DNA of 19,676 bases, taken from the NCBI GenBank assembly GCA_016839445.1, contig JAEOUG010000074.1, positions 1 through 19,676 of the forward strand, in the 5' to 3' direction. Below are positions 17,286 through 19,676 of the stretch, one piece after another. Position numbers and translations under genes: made by a program. The stretch comes from Candidatus Thorarchaeota archaeon (GTDB lineage: Archaea > Asgardarchaeota > Thorarchaeia > Thorarchaeales > Thorarchaeaceae). Within the stretch, counting starts at the first letter, position 1, and each line of letters begins with the position of its first letter. The notes under the pieces are model-generated. The model was given only the letters and a program-made list of their open reading frames with translations, ran no database searches and was not told the DNA's origin.

Positions 17286-17603
17286 TTGGTGAATGAGGTA
17301 AACACCGAGCCGAAAGGCCTCAAGGACATGCCGAAGACCTCTTACTCGAAGCCCACTATTGGTGCTACGGGAAAGACTGGCAGCTGGCGTACTTTCGACC
17401 CTGTGATTGACTATGATCAGTGCAACAGATGCCGCACCTGCTGGCTTCATTGCCCTGAGGCCGTCATCAGCGTAGATGAGGATGGAACACCTCACGTCGA
17501 CTATGACTACTGCAAGGGCTGTGGCATATGTTCCCAAGTGTGCCCTAAGAAGTGCATTGAGATGGTGAGGACGACCGAGAGAGAACAGGAGGTTGAGGCA
17601 TGA
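17286..17603 (+). CDS. porD: 2-oxoacid:ferredoxin oxidoreductase delta subunit (2x[4Fe-4S] ferredoxin; PorD/VorD)
   Basis: KTGSWRTF.P motif, CNRCRTCWLHCP and YCKGCGICSQVCP; overlaps the alpha start (ATGA). The start is uncertain: TTG 17286 follows an RBS-like GGACGTG; ATG 17328 is an alternative. Confidence 0.9.
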   Translation: MVNEVNTEPKGLKDMPKTSYSKPTIGATGKTGSWRTFDPVIDYDQCNRCRTCWLHCPEAVISVDEDGTPHVDYDYCKGCGICSQVCPKKCIEMVRTTEREQEVEA

Positions 17604-18778
17604 AGACAGAGCTGATGAGTGCCAATTACGCTGCTGCTCGAGCAGTGGTCTCTGCCCGGGTTGAGGTAGTGGCTGCATATCCAATCACACCGGCTACTAC
17701 AGTCCCCGAACAGATAGCTCTCCTTAACGAGCAGGGAATCTTCAAGGGTCAGTTCATCAGAGTAGAGTCTGAGCACTCCGCCATGTTTGCTTGTATTGGC
17801 GCGAGTTCCACTGGGGCCAGAGCCTTCACGGCCACGTCCTCCAACGGCCTGCTGCTAATGGACGAGGCACTTCATTGGGCATCGGCGGCAAGACTGCCCA
17901 TAGTGCTGAACAACATCAACAGATCCGTATCCCCCAGCTGGAACATACATGTCACACATGACGACAGCTACTCGAAGCGTGATACTGGCTGGATTCAGTT
18001 CTATGTCTCCAGCGTCGACGAGTTGTATCACACAATCATTCAGTCATTCAAGCTTGCTGAGGATGAGCGTGTTCTCATGCCAGTAATGGTCAATTCAGAC
18101 GGCTTCGTATTGAGCCACACTGTATCGACCTATGACTACCTAGAACCCGAGGAAGTGGACAAGTTCCTCCCACCCTACAAGCCTCCCCACTGGGTCATGG
18201 ACCCCGAGAACCCAGTCAGCCATGGGAACATAGTGTTTCCAGAGCACTTCCTCGAATTCCGCTATCAGATTCACGAGGGGACGAAGAATGCCCTGAAGGT
18301 CTACGAGGAGGTAGAGAAGGAATACAAGAAGCTCTTCGGGAAGTACTTCGGCGGTCCGATTGACTGCTACAAGTGCGATGACGCCGAGGTGGTCTTCACC
18401 TCACAGGGCTCGATGGCCGCAGAGGCGAAGGACGCCATTGACGAGCTCCGTGAGGAGGGCTACAAGGTGGGCAACGCAAAGATCAGAATGATGCGACCTT
18501 TCCCTGTCGACCTGGTTCGAAAGCTTGGCAGTAAAGTCAAGGCCTTCGCAAGTTTCGACCGTGGTGCCTCCTATGGATTCGGCGGGCCCGTAGCCAATGA
18601 CATCCGAGCGTCTCTCTACCACACGAAGCACAGACCCTTCGTCAAGAGCTACATCGGAGGCATGGGTGGCCGCGATGTCACTGTGTCTGATGTGAAGAAC
18701 ATCGTGCTGGATACCTACAATGCCATGGAGAAGGGAGAGCTGGGTCCGGAAGAGACCTGGTACGGACTGAAGGAGTGA
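17600..18778 (+). CDS. porA: Pyruvate/2-ketoisovalerate:ferredoxin oxidoreductase alpha subunit
   Basis: AAYPITP, VESEHSAM, ARAFTATSS.GL, RDTGWIQ, DGFVLSHT, RPFP and GGMGGRDV motifs; GGAGGT RBS. Confidence 0.93.
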   Translation: MKTELMSANYAAARAVVSARVEVVAAYPITPATTVPEQIALLNEQGIFKGQFIRVESEHSAMFACIGASSTGARAFTATSSNGLLLMDEALHWASAARLPIVLNNINRSVSPSWNIHVTHDDSYSKRDTGWIQFYVSSVDELYHTIIQSFKLAEDERVLMPVMVNSDGFVLSHTVSTYDYLEPEEVDKFLPPYKPPHWVMDPENPVSHGNIVFPEHFLEFRYQIHEGTKNALKVYEEVEKEYKKLFGKYFGGPIDCYKCDDAEVVFTSQGSMAAEAKDAIDELREEGYKVGNAKIRMMRPFPVDLVRKLGSKVKAFASFDRGASYGFGGPVANDIRASLYHTKHRPFVKSYIGGMGGRDVTVSDVKNIVLDTYNAMEKGELGPEETWYGLKE

Positions 18779-18784
18779 GGCAAG

Positions 18785-19676
18785 ATGGTTGCTACGAAAG
18801 AACTACCACTCAAGGAATACGTGCTGAAGGGAAATGCAGCCTGCGCTGGCTGCCAGGACATGGTGGCGCTCCGTCATGCTCACAAGGCTCTGGAAGGAGA
18901 CGTCATACAGGTTGTACCTGCGTGCTGTACCAGTGTTGTTCAGTCTCTCTGGCCCAAGAGCGGGCTGGCCATTCCAGTTCTGAATACGGCCTTCATGGCC
19001 GCGGCTGCCACAGCCTCTGGAGTCAAGGCCGCGCTCAAAGCGAAGGGTAACGATCACACCACAGTCATGGTTTGGGCGGGAGATGGCGGGACCTTCGACA
19101 TCGGCATTCAGGCGCTAAGCGGTGCTCTAGAACGCCGCACTGACTTCCTGTATATCTGCTACAACAATCAGGTCTACAGCAACACAGGCACTCAACGCTC
19201 TGGAGCCACGCCTCTACATGCCAAGACTACGACAACTTGGTTTGGAAAGACCGAGCCAGAGAAGATGCTGGATCTCATCGTGGCCGCGCACGAGCCTGTT
19301 TACCAGTTCACGGCCAATACGGCCTATCCCCTTGACCTCTATGACAAGTTCAAGAAGGCACAGGAATTCGAGGGGCCGAAGTTCGGTCACATCTTCCTTC
19401 CCTGTCCTCAGGCCTGGAACTACCCAGTAGAGAAGGGCGTGGAGATTGGCAAGCTTGCTGTTGAGACCGGCTACTGGATTCAGTTCGAGCGCATAGGTGA
19501 CGAGTTCATCCTCGGCCGCCACAGCAAGAGGTACCAAGATCCTGAGAAGAGGAAGGACATTGAGGAGTTCCTGCAGATGCAGGGTAGGTTCTCACACCTC
19601 TTCAAGCCAAAGAAGGATGAGAAGAAGATACAGGAGTTCCGGGACTTCATTCAACACAGATGGGACGTGATTCTCC
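18785..19676 (+). CDS. porB: Pyruvate/2-ketoisovalerate:ferredoxin oxidoreductase beta subunit (3'-truncated by window end; absent from the ORF track)
   Basis: My translation from ATG 18785: MVATKELPLKEYVLKGNAACAGC...PACC...WAGDGGTFDIGIQALSG...YNNQVYSNTGTQRSGATP...PCP...AVETGYW...QGRFSHL. This gives the ThDP-binding GDG-x-N motif and Fe-S cysteines; no stop before 19676. Confidence 0.93.
   Translation, partial: MVATKELPLKEYVLKGNAACAGCQDMVALRHAHKALEGDVIQVVPACCTSVVQSLWPKSGLAIPVLNTAFMAAAATASGVKAALKAKGNDHTTVMVWAGDGGTFDIGIQALSGALERRTDFLYICYNNQVYSNTGTQRSGATPLHAKTTTTWFGKTEPEKMLDLIVAAHEPVYQFTANTAYPLDLYDKFKKAQEFEGPKFGHIFLPCPQAWNYPVEKGVEIGKLAVETGYWIQFERIGDEFILGRHSKRYQDPEKRKDIEEFLQMQGRFSHLFKPKKDEKKIQEFRDFIQHRWDVIL

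Noticed and set aside
18775-19537. Short ORFs 18775-19050 (+), 18803-19057 (-), 19214-19537 (-) and 19218-19430 (+)
   Set aside because: They overlap the true beta-subunit frame starting at 18785.

Overview
Archaeal window, most likely from an Asgard archaeon (Thorarchaeia-like). This is inferred from a longin-type 'DLISGFISAI' domain, giant N-glycosylated surface proteins, a DUF2299-like gene, GAGGT RBSs and TATA-type promoters. About 14 kb of the centre is a tandem pair of paralogous minus-strand single-pass membrane proteins (3062 aa and ~1502 aa). They share a ~400-aa N-terminal head and a membrane-proximal domain. They differ in Ig-like stalk length (~25 vs ~7 domains) and in cytoplasmic module (a lone winged HTH vs longin + winged helix + acidic tail with a duplicated helical motif). 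A small protein with a histone-H1-like Lys/Ala/Pro tail follows them. Flanking genes are a LarA-family protein lacking most nickel-pincer catalytic residues, a DUF2299-like protein, a nitrilase-family amidase and a divergent 2-oxoacid:ferredoxin oxidoreductase delta-alpha-beta operon (beta runs off the window). I saw no RNA genes, CRISPR arrays or mobile elements. All family assignments are by motif recognition, not database search.
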